A stretch of DNA of 64,000 nucleotides from contig OZ246418.1 in the NCBI GenBank assembly GCA_965231155.1, positions 302,850-366,849 of the forward strand, given 5' to 3'. Numbering within the stretch: position 1 is the stretch's first letter; every line of letters starts with the position of its first letter. Below are positions 27,493 through 37,786 of this stretch, one piece after another. The stretch comes from an uncultured Candidatus Saccharibacteria bacterium (lineage in GTDB: Bacteria > Patescibacteriota > Minisyncoccia > UBA6257 > 2-01-FULL-56-20). The notes below the pieces were generated by a model. The model was not told where the DNA came from, did no database searches, and saw nothing but the letters and a program-made list of their open reading frames with translations. The position numbers and the translations under genes were made by a program.

Positions 27493-28250
27493 AACTTATT
27501 TCGTTAAATATGTGGGCAGGAACTGTGTATGAGCCTCTCGTCAGGTTTATTAAAGAAGAAAGTATTAATACTGACATTTTTTGTTTTCAGGAGGTGCTGT
27601 TTGGTGATTCACCAGAATTCCTTCCAAAAACGAAAGCTCGGATAAACATTTTTCACGAAATAGAAAACGAATTAACGGACTTCACTTCATATACTCACTA
27701 TGCACCAACTGAATTTTTTCAGGACGAATCTTTACGGGGCGTGCGAATGGGGCAGGCAATCTTTGTGAGAAAATCGATTCTAGTCGATAGTTCCGGAGGA
27801 TTTCAGACGTATACTAAAGAAATTCCAAGCATGGAACTTGGTGGAAAAGCAACCGGAAATTGCCAGTGGATACATATTGGAGGGGATAACAAATTTCTTG
27901 TCGGGAACGTGCATGGTATGTGGCAGAGAGGAATAGGCAAGGCAGATACGCCAGAACGTATTGAACAGTCACAGATACTCAAAAACTTCCTAGCTAATTA
28001 TTCCGATAAAAAAATCTTGTGTGGGGACTTTAATCTTCTTCCGGACAGTAAAAGTGTCGCTATTATATCTGAAGGCATGAAGAATCTTATTCAGGAACAT
28101 GGCATCACTTCAACTCGTAGTGAATTTTATGAAAAACCAGATCGGTATGCAGACTATATATTCACCTCACCTGATACCTCGGTGTCTAGCTTTGTAGTTT
28201 CTCCTGCTGTTGTTTCTGATCATCTACCATTACTTTTGGAATTCAACTAG
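27489..28250 (+). CDS. Endonuclease/exonuclease/phosphatase (EEP) family protein
   Basis: MKLISLN, DIFCFQEV, ILCGDFN, DYIF, SDHLPL. Confidence 0.9.
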   Translation: MKLISLNMWAGTVYEPLVRFIKEESINTDIFCFQEVLFGDSPEFLPKTKARINIFHEIENELTDFTSYTHYAPTEFFQDESLRGVRMGQAIFVRKSILVDSSGGFQTYTKEIPSMELGGKATGNCQWIHIGGDNKFLVGNVHGMWQRGIGKADTPERIEQSQILKNFLANYSDKKILCGDFNLLPDSKSVAIISEGMKNLIQEHGITSTRSEFYEKPDRYADYIFTSPDTSVSSFVVSPAVVSDHLPLLLEFN

Positions 28251-28252
28251 TT

Positions 28253-30742
28253 ATGAAAACACTTTTACTTATTGACTCGCATTCGCTCATTCATCGGGCG
28301 TATCATGCGTTGCCACCGATGACCTCGCCTGAAGGAACGCCAGCGCAGGCGCTCTATGGCCTTTCCAGCATTCTTTTAAAGATTCAGAAGGAGGATAAGC
28401 CAGATTATATCGCAGCCCTTTTTGATCGGCCGGAGCCGACATTTCGTAAAGAGAAATATGACGATTATAAGGCACAACGACCAAAGGCGGCCGATGAGCT
28501 GATTAGTCAGTTAATAGAAGCGCGTAATTTGTTTCAGGCCTTTGGCGTTCCGACTTTCGACTGCCCGAAGTTTGAGGCCGACGACTTAATCGTGACTTTC
28601 GCGAAGAGGTATGCGAAAGAAAAGAATTTGAGAGTGGTAATTCTCACGGGAGATTTGGATACATTGCAGATTGTGGACGGAGAGAAGATTGTGGTGAAGG
28701 TTTTAAAGAAGGGAGTCTCAGAAACGCTCACCTATAATGAAGCGGCAGTGAAGGAGCGGTATCAACTTTTGCCGAAACAGTTACTCGATTACAAGGCGTT
28801 GGTTGGCGACACTTCTGATAATGTGAAGGGTGTGCCGGGGATTGGGCCGAAGACGGCGACGGACTTATTGCTTCGATATGGAAGTCTGGAGGGTATTTTG
28901 AAAAGCAAGGATAAGAAGGATAAAAAAGCTCAGTTTATTCAGGCGCATGAAGCGGAGGCGCGCACGTCGTATGATTTAGTGTGGTTACGAAGTGATGCGC
29001 CGATCAAGATGCCTCAGTTAGAGGAGTTGACGTGTGCGCCAGACGCAGAGGTGATAAAAAAATACTTTGAAAAGTTTGGGTTTGGTAGTTTGTTGCGACG
29101 GATGGGCGCTGAGGAGGTGAAGAAGGCCGAGCCAAAGAGTCGTATCTCCCCGGCCGCCACGCTTTTTTCACAGATTCCTACGCCAACCAAGGCGACGAGT
29201 ACTGATGAAGCGATTTATTTTTTCTCGCCTGATTCAACCGCGACACTTACCGAACTGCGTTCTAAAAAAATAAAAATTGGGTTTGATCTGAAATATGCGA
29301 TTGAGAAGATTCGGTATACTGGCGGTGAGATTCGGCAACCATATTTTGATTTAGGCGTGGCGTTCTGGCTGACCGCGCCGGACTATAAAGCATATGATGC
29401 CGAGTCATTTTTTCAGAAGTTTTTTAAACGCTCGTTTCAGAAGACTGAAGCGGATCTGGTTTTAGCGAAAAATACGTTAGAAAAGAAACTAGCCGAGGAA
29501 GAACTGACCTATGTGTTCGAGGAGATTGAGATGCCGGTTCTGGACATCCTGGCGGATATGGAACGTTGGGGAATTACTACCAACGCCAGCGTGCTTCAGA
29601 AGGTGGAGGCGAAGATGACGAAGGTGATTGAGGGTTTAGAGAAGAAGATCTATGAGTCGGCGGGACGGGAGTTTAATATAAACTCTTCTTCGCAGTTGGG
29701 GGAGATTATTTTTGACACATTGGAATTGCATTTGCCGAGGAGTGTGAAAACTCCAGGCGGAGCGCGTTCAACGAAGGCGGAGGTGCTTGAGCTTTTAAAA
29801 GAGGCGCATCCGATTATTCCGGCCATTCTCGAGTATCGGGAGTTATTTAAGTTGAAAACGACGTATACGTCATCATTGCAAAAGCATATTCAGAGTGATG
29901 GACGTTTGCATACCGACTATATCCAGACTGGCGCCGGAACGGGTCGACTGAGTTCTGCGGCGCCTAACTTGCAGAACATTCCTCGAGAATCATTGTGGTC
30001 CCCGGAGATTCGGACAGCGTTTGAGGCGAGTAAGGGATATTCGTTGGTAGCTTTTGACTACTCGCAGATTGAGTTGCGACTTCTTGCGGCGCTCAGCGAG
30101 GACGAGGCGCTGATTCGGGCGTTTCGGGAAGGACAGGACATTCACACGCTTACCGCGTCGAAGGTGTTCGGACTCACACCCGCGGAGGTGAAGCCGGACG
30201 TACGACGGGTGGCGAAGATCTTAAACTTTGGGTTGATCTATGGAATGGGACCGCGGGCATTCGCGAAGACGAGCGGTTTTTCTCAGAGTGAGGCAGTGCA
30301 GTTTATTAAGACATATTTTGAAGCGTTTCCTCGAGTGCGGGAGTTTCAGGAAAAAGTGAAGGAGGAGGCGCGGACATTTGGCTATGTGAAAACACTGACC
30401 GGGCGACGACGGTATTTTCCGGACATCCATTCTTCTGGGCCACAGTTTATGGCGGCGGCCGAGCGTGAAGCGATGAATCATCCGCTTCAAGGCCTTGATG
30501 CGGATATTAATAAGTTGGCAATGATCAAAGTTGCCAACTGGCTTAAAGAAAAAGAGTACTGGGGTAATGAGGTGAAACTGCTTTTAGCGATTCACGACGA
30601 ATTGCTGTTCGAAATTCGCGATGATATGATGAGTGAGATCGTGCCTGTGATTCAGCGGTTAATGGAAGAGTCTTATGCACTTTCTGTGCCGTTAGTCGTC
30701 CAGGTATCTTCCGGAAAAAACTGGGGATCTTTAAAGGCTTAG
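28253..30742 (+). CDS. polA: DNA polymerase I
   Basis: 5'-3' exonuclease (LLIDSHSLIHRAYHALP, EADD, GDTSDNVKGVPGIG) plus polymerase motifs (TGRLSS, DYSQIELR, IHDELLFE). Confidence 0.96.
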   Translation: MKTLLLIDSHSLIHRAYHALPPMTSPEGTPAQALYGLSSILLKIQKEDKPDYIAALFDRPEPTFRKEKYDDYKAQRPKAADELISQLIEARNLFQAFGVPTFDCPKFEADDLIVTFAKRYAKEKNLRVVILTGDLDTLQIVDGEKIVVKVLKKGVSETLTYNEAAVKERYQLLPKQLLDYKALVGDTSDNVKGVPGIGPKTATDLLLRYGSLEGILKSKDKKDKKAQFIQAHEAEARTSYDLVWLRSDAPIKMPQLEELTCAPDAEVIKKYFEKFGFGSLLRRMGAEEVKKAEPKSRISPAATLFSQIPTPTKATSTDEAIYFFSPDSTATLTELRSKKIKIGFDLKYAIEKIRYTGGEIRQPYFDLGVAFWLTAPDYKAYDAESFFQKFFKRSFQKTEADLVLAKNTLEKKLAEEELTYVFEEIEMPVLDILADMERWGITTNASVLQKVEAKMTKVIEGLEKKIYESAGREFNINSSSQLGEIIFDTLELHLPRSVKTPGGARSTKAEVLELLKEAHPIIPAILEYRELFKLKTTYTSSLQKHIQSDGRLHTDYIQTGAGTGRLSSAAPNLQNIPRESLWSPEIRTAFEASKGYSLVAFDYSQIELRLLAALSEDEALIRAFREGQDIHTLTASKVFGLTPAEVKPDVRRVAKILNFGLIYGMGPRAFAKTSGFSQSEAVQFIKTYFEAFPRVREFQEKVKEEARTFGYVKTLTGRRRYFPDIHSSGPQFMAAAEREAMNHPLQGLDADINKLAMIKVANWLKEKEYWGNEVKLLLAIHDELLFEIRDDMMSEIVPVIQRLMEESYALSVPLVVQVSSGKNWGSLKA

Positions 30743-30770
30743 TTACTGAGGGTTGTTAGATTTTTTATAC

Positions 30771-32120
30771 ATGAATTCTTTTTTTGAAAATTTCAGAAAT
30801 GCTTTTCGTCCAGAAGTAATCGCTCGCCCAGAAGGACGCCTGATTCTTTTTGTGTTGGTATTCTTCCTGGCGCTTTTAGGAGTGAGCGTGGTCTATTTCC
30901 CATTGCCATTAGTGCTTGCTTCCGGAGCGCTTTTTTTGCTGGCAAGTTTTACCTACTTCTTCCTTTTAGGAAAGTTGACTGGCGTGAAGCAGGATACACA
31001 AGCGGAGCGAGGAGAGTTAAAGGGAATTCTTTTAAATCTTGAGGATGCGCTTTTGGTCTACGACAAAGACTTCAAGATTATTTTCTTTAATCCCGCAGCG
31101 GAAAAACTTTTTAGAATTAAGAGGGAGGAGGTGGTAGGCAAGGTGGTGACTCCTCAGGACGTGGGTAAGGAGGCAATGAGATTGCTGGTCCAGGTGGTCT
31201 TTACCTCGCTTGCTCCAGTGATGGTCAGTCGTTCTGAGGCAGGGTCATATCCTCAGATTACCGATCTTTCTTGGGATGATCCATTTATTAGTTTACGTAC
31301 TTCGACCATGCCTCTCCGTGACGAGACAGGTGGCGTGGTCGGGTTTATGAAGATTGTGAAAGATCGGACACGGGAGATTTCTTTAATTAAATCGAAAAAC
31401 GAATTTATCGCGGTGGCTTCGCATCAACTGCGAACGCCAGTTACGAATATTAAGTGGTCGCTCGAGGCGTTGTCTGGTGAAACTGGGTTGTCTGATGCGG
31501 CGAAAGGCTTTTTGGGAAGTGCCATGGAAGGAGCAAAGTTGCTTTCGGCAGTTGTAGAGGATCTTCTGTCGACGAGCAAGATTGAGGATGGTCGGTTTGG
31601 CTACGAGATAAAAGAGACTGATTTAATTGAGTTCGTTTCGCAGATTTTACCACTGGCACTTTCTGAAGCAGAGCAGGTGGGGGTGAAGTTGTATTTTGAT
31701 CGACCGACCGAAGTGTTGCCGAAGGTGTTTATTGATCCAGCAAAGATCACTATGGTGTTCGAGAATCTTTTGGATAACGCATTGCGTTACAACGTCAAAG
31801 AGGGACAGGTGACGGTGAAGTTGGCGAAAGATCCGGCCAAACCATTTATCGAAGTCCAGATTAAAGATACCGGCGTGGGTATTCCTCCTTCGGCAGCCGA
31901 AAAATTGTTTACCAAGTTTTTCCGAGCCGAAAATGTAGTGAAATCACAAACTACTGGCACTGGCTTAGGTTTATATATCGTAAAAAATATTATTCAGGCC
32001 CACGGCGGAAAAATCTGGGTGGAGTCCGAGGAGAACCGCGGAACGACCATGCATTTCACTTTACCAACTGATCGCTCGGCGGTACCGACACATGAAGTGC
32101 CGTTGGATTTGATTGCTTAG
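30771..32120 (+). CDS. Membrane PAS-domain sensor histidine kinase
   Basis: Two TMs, PAS (FNPAAEKLF), H-box ASHQLRTP, NLLDNALRY, DTGVGI, GTGLGL. Confidence 0.92.
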   Translation: MNSFFENFRNAFRPEVIARPEGRLILFVLVFFLALLGVSVVYFPLPLVLASGALFLLASFTYFFLLGKLTGVKQDTQAERGELKGILLNLEDALLVYDKDFKIIFFNPAAEKLFRIKREEVVGKVVTPQDVGKEAMRLLVQVVFTSLAPVMVSRSEAGSYPQITDLSWDDPFISLRTSTMPLRDETGGVVGFMKIVKDRTREISLIKSKNEFIAVASHQLRTPVTNIKWSLEALSGETGLSDAAKGFLGSAMEGAKLLSAVVEDLLSTSKIEDGRFGYEIKETDLIEFVSQILPLALSEAEQVGVKLYFDRPTEVLPKVFIDPAKITMVFENLLDNALRYNVKEGQVTVKLAKDPAKPFIEVQIKDTGVGIPPSAAEKLFTKFFRAENVVKSQTTGTGLGLYIVKNIIQAHGGKIWVESEENRGTTMHFTLPTDRSAVPTHEVPLDLIA

Positions 32121-32146
32121 GGTGTTTTGAGATATCCTCCGAGCAT

Positions 32147-32995
32147 ATGCCGGAACTGCCAGAGGTAGAAACAATTAGAAGAGACTTAGAGAAGAAGCTC
32201 GTTGGCCAGACGATCCGTCGGGCAGAGATTCTGTCCTTTAATCGAGTCAGTCCAAAGGATCTGGCTAAGAGGTTGGTTGGTTTTCAAGTGCTGAAGGTTT
32301 CGCGTCGGGCAAAGTTATTGGCACTCGAAGGAAAGAACGATTTCCTTTTGTTTCATTTGAAGATGACAGGACAGATGGTTCTGAGACATAAGAAAGAAAT
32401 TGTGTTTGGTGGACATCCCATTGCAGGACTTGCTGAGTTGCCGAATAAATATACTCGAGCGATTTTTCATTTTAAAAATGGTGACACACTTTATTTCAAT
32501 GACTTGCGGAAGTTCGGGTATATCAAGTTGGTTTCGAAAAGAGAAGCAGAAGAGATTTTTAGTACATATGGTCCTGAGCCATTAGAAAAAGAATTTACGT
32601 ATAAACGATTTTTAGAAATTGTCGGCACCCGAAAAACAAGCAAGCTCAAACCGTTTCTTTTAGACCAGACAAAGATTGGTGGTTTGGGAAATATATATGT
32701 AGACGAGGCGTGTTTTATGTCTGGCATTCGACCAACAAGGCGAGTAGAAAGCTTGACCAGCGCCGAGAAGGAGAAGCTTTGGAAGGCGATTCGGGCGGTG
32801 CTCGCGAAGTCAGTTAAGCATCGGGGAACTTCGTTCAATAGCTATGTAGATAGCGATGGAAAAACTGGTGGTTTCTGGAAATATTTGCATGTGTATGGGA
32901 AGAAGGGGGAGTTGTGCAAGAGGTGTAAACACAATATTATCTACACAAAGCTGGCTGGTCGGGGGACGCACTACTGCCCTTACTGCCAGAAGTAG
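32147..32995 (+). CDS. mutM: Formamidopyrimidine-DNA glycosylase
   Basis: MPELPEVET, HLKMTG, GLGNIYVDE, C-terminal Zn finger. Confidence 0.96.
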   Translation: MPELPEVETIRRDLEKKLVGQTIRRAEILSFNRVSPKDLAKRLVGFQVLKVSRRAKLLALEGKNDFLLFHLKMTGQMVLRHKKEIVFGGHPIAGLAELPNKYTRAIFHFKNGDTLYFNDLRKFGYIKLVSKREAEEIFSTYGPEPLEKEFTYKRFLEIVGTRKTSKLKPFLLDQTKIGGLGNIYVDEACFMSGIRPTRRVESLTSAEKEKLWKAIRAVLAKSVKHRGTSFNSYVDSDGKTGGFWKYLHVYGKKGELCKRCKHNIIYTKLAGRGTHYCPYCQK

Positions 32996-33027
32996 CTCGT
33001 TGCTTCGATTGGCTAAACTTACTGCAA

Positions 33028-33807
33028 ATGATCCTTTCTCTTATTGGTCCAGATGATTATCGTCGCGAAAAGCGTCGTCGATTTTTAGTGGAGGAATTTC
33101 GGAAGAAGTATGGGTTACATGGAGTGGAGAAGTTTGTGGTCTCTAGTAAAGAAGGGCGAGAGAAGTTCCATGAATTGGTTATCTCGCCTTCGCTTTTCAG
33201 TCCGAAGCGGTTGGCGGTTTTAGAAGGAGTGTTTGAGGTGGAGGATAAGGAGTTTCTGTCTGACCTGAAACGAGTGGCCGTAGATCCAACGATGTGGGTG
33301 TTTGTTTCCGAAAGAGACAAGGTGCCGGCAGTTTTTAAGTTTATTACCAAAGCGCCTACTACCGTCGAAGAGTTTTCGTTTCTTGAAGGTGAGGCGTGGA
33401 AGAAGTTTGTGTTTGATGAGGCGAAGTCTCGAGAAGTGGTTTTTGATCAGGAGGCTTTTCGAGTTTTTCTTCGTAGCTATGAGAATGATACCTGGCGAAT
33501 GGCGACGGAGCTGGACCGCCTCGCTTCAAAGGGGGGAGTGATTTCAATAAATGATCTCAATTCTTTGGATGGTCAAACAGTGTTTAACTTGTGGGGGGCA
33601 CTGAACCAGTTGCGCGGATCTGTTCTCTCGCAACGTCTATACACGTTGGAGAAAATTTTTATGAACCAGGAGCCGGCAGCGAAGATTTTTAACATTATGG
33701 CAGCTCAGGCTGGCGGAGAGACTCCTCGGTTTGCAGAGTATGATGTCGCCATTAAGTCGGGTAAGCTAGAGTACGAAGAAGTATTGCTTGATTTTGTTTT
33801 GCGTTGA
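33028..33807 (+). CDS. holA: DNA polymerase III delta subunit (divergent)
   Basis: LIGPDDYRR, PSLFSPKRL, W..ATELDRL; near rpsT as is common. Confidence 0.7.
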   Translation: MILSLIGPDDYRREKRRRFLVEEFRKKYGLHGVEKFVVSSKEGREKFHELVISPSLFSPKRLAVLEGVFEVEDKEFLSDLKRVAVDPTMWVFVSERDKVPAVFKFITKAPTTVEEFSFLEGEAWKKFVFDEAKSREVVFDQEAFRVFLRSYENDTWRMATELDRLASKGGVISINDLNSLDGQTVFNLWGALNQLRGSVLSQRLYTLEKIFMNQEPAAKIFNIMAAQAGGETPRFAEYDVAIKSGKLEYEEVLLDFVLR

Positions 33808-33832
33808 AGAGCGTGATATATATAATAGAACT

Positions 33833-34123
33833 ATGAGTGAAGGACACGGACATGGAGGACACGAGGCGCATGGTGGTGGACGTGAAGCACACGGCCACGA
33901 GTCTAAGGATTCATACGTAGGGAAAATGGTTGAGAAGTTGAGAAAGAAACTATCAGTAACCAGTCTTTTGAATAAGGTTTTTCGATCATTTCCTCTAAAG
34001 AATACGCCCTTGGGATGGCTTTGGAACTATGAGTCGGGCTGGAGTCCTGATAATCACGGGAAGGGCCATGGTGGCGGACACGGAGACGCACATGGTGGTG
34101 ATCATGGAGGAGGGCACCATTAA
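33833..34123 (+). CDS. Small His/Gly-rich protein (96 aa)
   Basis: MSEGHGHGGHEAHGGG...HGGGHGDAHGGDHGGGHH; TATAAT 6 nt before the ATG. Confidence 0.7.
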   Translation: MSEGHGHGGHEAHGGGREAHGHESKDSYVGKMVEKLRKKLSVTSLLNKVFRSFPLKNTPLGWLWNYESGWSPDNHGKGHGGGHGDAHGGDHGGGHH

Positions 34124-34143
34124 GGGAAATCAAAAAACGGCGC

Positions 34144-34404
34144 TTAGGCCGTTTTTAGTTTCTTGGAGAGTCTTGATTTCATGCGACTGGCGGCATTTGG
34201 CTTGATAGTCTTCTTTTTTGCCGCTTTGTCTAATACCTGAAAGACCTGCGGGAGCTTCTCTTTAGCCTTGGTCCAGTCCTTGGCGGTCACGAGTTTGCGA
34301 AACTCCTTAACTGCTTTTTTGTAGGTATCTTTGGTCTTTATATTAAGCGCCCGACGGGTTTTGCTTTGTCGGAGGGCCTTTTTTGCTGAAGAAGTTTTTG
34401 GCAT
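34144..34404 (-). CDS. rpsT: 30S ribosomal protein S20
   Basis: Start re-called at MPKTSSAKKALRQS...LDKAAKK..IKPNAASRMKSRL. Confidence 0.95.
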   Translation of the reverse strand: MPKTSSAKKALRQSKTRRALNIKTKDTYKKAVKEFRKLVTAKDWTKAKEKLPQVFQVLDKAAKKKTIKPNAASRMKSRLSKKLKTA

Positions 34405-34502
34405 ATCTAATATATAGGTAGGGAGTGTATCAGTTTTACCACAGTCCGTCAATGCTGGTTTTTTGGCTTTGGGCTCGAGGAATACCCTGGTATAATAGGC
34501 TG

Positions 34503-35081
34503 GTGCTTTATAGTATCTCTGGAACATTAAAGTTGAAAGAGGGGAGTCTGGCGGTAGTTGAGACGGGTGGCGTGGCTTTTAAGGTTTTGACCAGCGCTCA
34601 GACGTTGAACCTTTTGCCGACAGTCGGTAGCCAGGTATTTCTTTTTACCCATCTTCATATGAGGGATGATGCTTTGGAGTTGTATGGTTTTTCTTCGACT
34701 GAGGAGTTGCGGTTTTTTGAACTTCTCATCTCTGTCTCTGGAGTCGGACCCAAGTCGGCCCTAGCGATTCTCGGTGTTTCCGATCTTCATTCTTTAGGGG
34801 CAGCTATTCAGGAGGGACGACCAGATCTTTTGACGCAGGTTTCTGGAGTGGGGAGAAAGACGGCTGAACGAATCATTGTGGAGCTACGAAGCAAGGTGGT
34901 GGTCAGCCAGTCGGCAAAGACAGTGGAAGGAATGGACTCCGATACTGATGTGCTGGATATGTTGGTAAGCTTGGGATACCGTCGTGATCAGGCGGCCCAA
35001 GCCCTGAGGGGTCTCGAAGAGAAAGTCCAGGGAACTGAGGCGCGACTGAAAATGGCATTAAAGATTCTCAGCGGAAAATGA
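34503..35081 (+). CDS. ruvA: Holliday junction DNA-binding protein RuvA
   Basis: LYGF, LISVSGVGPKSAL, GVGRKTAERIIVEL; GTG start inferred. Confidence 0.95.
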   Translation: MLYSISGTLKLKEGSLAVVETGGVAFKVLTSAQTLNLLPTVGSQVFLFTHLHMRDDALELYGFSSTEELRFFELLISVSGVGPKSALAILGVSDLHSLGAAIQEGRPDLLTQVSGVGRKTAERIIVELRSKVVVSQSAKTVEGMDSDTDVLDMLVSLGYRRDQAAQALRGLEEKVQGTEARLKMALKILSGK

Positions 35082-35125
35082 TCTGTGCGGTATACTTAAT
35101 TGCGTAACTGTTTTACATTAACACT

Positions 35126-36472
35126 ATGAAACTAACTTTTTGTGGGGGAGCGGGTGTGGTCACTGGTGCGAACTATCTTTTGGAATCTGGCAACACGAAG
35201 ATTCTTGTTGATTGTGGATTGGAACAGGGCGGGTCGTTTGTGGAAAAGAAAAACTTTGAACCATTTCCTTATGATCCGGCGACGATTACGGCGGTCTTTA
35301 TTACTCACGCCCATATTGATCACACCGGACTTTTACCGAAACTCTACAAAGATGGTTTTCGTGGGACGGTTTATTCGACGCCTCCGACAAAGGATTTTGC
35401 CGAACTTCTCCTTCTTGATTCGGAGCACATTCTTGGGCTTGAGGCCGAGCGCACGGGGCACTCGCCACTATATGGAACAGATGACATTGAAGGCATTATG
35501 AGTCACTGGAAGGGTATGCAGTACCATGAGGCTGTAAGCATAGGGGATTTTGAGGTGGAGCTTTTTGATGCCGGACACATCTTGGGTTCAGCGTTTATTC
35601 GAGTGAAGGCGGAGGGCAAGAAGGTGGTCTTCTCCGGAGATCTTGGAAATTATCCCGCGCCAGTTATTAAGCCAACCGAGTTTATTGATGAAGCGGACTA
35701 CTGTTTAATTGAGTCAACTTATGGAGGGCGTATTCATGAGGATTCAAGTCAGAGGGAACTTTCGTTAGAGCGGGCTATTGAAGATACTGTACGAGCTGGT
35801 GGAGTGCTCTTAATTCCAGCTTTTGCGTTAGAGCGGACACAGGAGTTGCTCTACCAATTAAATGATTTAGTAGAAGGTGGTCGAGTGCCTCGGGTGGCGA
35901 TGTATGTCGATAGTCCGTTAGCCATCAAGCTCACCACAATTTATAGAAAGTATCCAAAATATTTCAACAAAGAGACGCAGGAGCAGGTTCATGGTGGCGA
36001 CGATATTCTTAATTTTCCTGGACTTCGTTTTACCTTGACGCCTGAGGAGTCAAAGGAGATTAATACTGCACCGACTCCAAAGGTGATTATTGCTGGTTCG
36101 GGTATGTCTCATGGTGGACGCATCTTGCATCACGAGATCCGGTATCTTTCCGATGAGAAGAATATGCTTTTGATTATCGGTTATCAGGCCCGTGGTTCTA
36201 TGGGGCGACGATTGCTTGAGGGCGCTTCTTCAGTAAACATTTTTGGTGAACATGTGCCGGTTCGTTGTCAGGTTCGTTCGGTGTCTGCCTACTCAGCGCA
36301 TGCCGATCAGCCTCGACTAGTGAACTGGTTAAAGCCGATGCAAACTTCTTTAAAAAAGGTTTTCTTGATTCAGGGAGAGGAAGAGCAGAGTCTGGCATTA
36401 GGCGAGAAGGTAAGGGCTGAGCTTGGTCTTGAGGCTATTATCCCAAAGATGGGAGACTCGTTTGAGCTTTAG
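35126..36472 (+). CDS. MBL-fold beta-CASP ribonuclease
   Basis: THAHIDHTG, DAGHILGS, FSGDLG, ESTYG, SAHAD. Confidence 0.93.
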   Translation: MKLTFCGGAGVVTGANYLLESGNTKILVDCGLEQGGSFVEKKNFEPFPYDPATITAVFITHAHIDHTGLLPKLYKDGFRGTVYSTPPTKDFAELLLLDSEHILGLEAERTGHSPLYGTDDIEGIMSHWKGMQYHEAVSIGDFEVELFDAGHILGSAFIRVKAEGKKVVFSGDLGNYPAPVIKPTEFIDEADYCLIESTYGGRIHEDSSQRELSLERAIEDTVRAGGVLLIPAFALERTQELLYQLNDLVEGGRVPRVAMYVDSPLAIKLTTIYRKYPKYFNKETQEQVHGGDDILNFPGLRFTLTPEESKEINTAPTPKVIIAGSGMSHGGRILHHEIRYLSDEKNMLLIIGYQARGSMGRRLLEGASSVNIFGEHVPVRCQVRSVSAYSAHADQPRLVNWLKPMQTSLKKVFLIQGEEEQSLALGEKVRAELGLEAIIPKMGDSFEL

Positions 36473-36503
36473 TTTTTTGGTTTCTTAAAAAATATTTTCT
36501 GGA

Positions 36504-37607
36504 ATGACACAACCTTCTTTTTTCTTCCGCGGGTCGGCAATGGTTTTGGCAGCCACTATGGGTGTGGGTATTTTTGCCTTGCCGTATGTAGTTCAGCAGT
36601 CTGGTTGGCTGACCAGTCTCATCTACTTTTGTCTCATGACCCTGGTGATTATTCAGGTGCATTCCTGGTACTGGCGAGTGCTTGAGCGAGCAGAGGGACA
36701 GCGACTTCTTGGTCTTGTGCATCGTTATGGTGGTCGTGTTCTTTTTCTGATCGCCTTTCTTTCTATTGTTCTTGGTCTTCTCTTAGTTTTACTTGCCTAC
36801 ATGGCGATGGCCGGATCATTTTTTTCACTTCTTTTTCCTGCACAGAATCCAGCCATTGGAGTTCTGATTGTTTGGGTTCTTGGATCCCTCCCTCTCTTAA
36901 TGGGAGTCCGTCGGATGATGACCCTTGAGTTTTTTGGCGTGGTGGCGATGCTCGCGATTCTTCTTGGTTTGTTTTGTTTAGCTTTGTTTGAGAGGGGGTC
37001 TTTTCCACTCCTGCCGGCAGTGACGAAAGATTTTCTTCTCCCGTTTGGACCGTTCCTTTTTGCACTTGCTGGCTGGACAGCACTTGAGCCAACCTATGAT
37101 ACCGAGGAGCGAAAGAAGTTGGGCGATGGTTTCCGGGGGGTGGCCTGGGGTACCGTTTTTTCCGTTTTCTTTTACGCCGTTTTCATCGCGTCGATGTTCC
37201 TTCTGGCTACGGAAATTACTCCTGATACCGCTTCAGGATTAGCAGCCTGGCCACTTTGGGAGCGATCACTGCTTAGTTTTTTTGGACTAATTCTCATCGT
37301 GAAATCGTTTGTAATTGTGGCCTGGGAGGTACACACAGCGCTTGATCGAGACCTGAGTCTTGGCCGAGGTTCTTTTTTGATTCCCATGCTTGTTCCCATC
37401 ACCCTTTTCTTTCTCGGCTTCAACAACTTTCTTGTGGCAGTCAGTTTGGCGGGAGGACTTTTTCTTAGCCTTCAGTATCTCTCAATTATTTTCGTAGCCC
37501 ATAGAACTTTGCAGTTTTCAAAGAGAGAAAAATTCTTGACCGGACTCATTTCTTTTGTATTTGCCTTGGCTGCGATTTACGAAGTCTTTGTGTTTCTTCT
37601 GAAATAA
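36504..37607 (+). CDS. Amino-acid permease (aromatic amino acid/HAAAP-like)
   Basis: ATMGVGIFALPY motif; about 11 TM segments. Confidence 0.8.
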   Translation: MTQPSFFFRGSAMVLAATMGVGIFALPYVVQQSGWLTSLIYFCLMTLVIIQVHSWYWRVLERAEGQRLLGLVHRYGGRVLFLIAFLSIVLGLLLVLLAYMAMAGSFFSLLFPAQNPAIGVLIVWVLGSLPLLMGVRRMMTLEFFGVVAMLAILLGLFCLALFERGSFPLLPAVTKDFLLPFGPFLFALAGWTALEPTYDTEERKKLGDGFRGVAWGTVFSVFFYAVFIASMFLLATEITPDTASGLAAWPLWERSLLSFFGLILIVKSFVIVAWEVHTALDRDLSLGRGSFLIPMLVPITLFFLGFNNFLVAVSLAGGLFLSLQYLSIIFVAHRTLQFSKREKFLTGLISFVFALAAIYEVFVFLLK

Positions 37608-37616
37608 TACTCTCGG

Positions 37617-37688
37617 TGCCCTCGGCAGGAATCGAACCTGCACCACCTCCTTCGGAGGGAGATATTCTATCCATTGAACTACGAGGGC
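37617..37688 (-). tRNA. tRNA-Arg(CCG)
   Basis: Cloverleaf GCCCTCG...CT-CCG-AA...GGTTCGATTCC...CGAGGGC-A. Confidence 0.93.
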
Positions 37689-37735
37689 TAGTTGTCCTAA
37701 TATACCTGTCTTTTTCAGTTTGCTCAATGAGTAAT

Positions 37736-37763
37736 AAAAAACACCGAGTATTCGGTGTTTTTT
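37736..37763. terminator. Intrinsic terminator downstream of rpsA
   Basis: AAAAAACACCGA-GTAT-TCGGTGTTTTTT. Confidence 0.75.
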
Positions 37764-37786
37764 GTAGGAAGTACTTTTCCTGAGAC

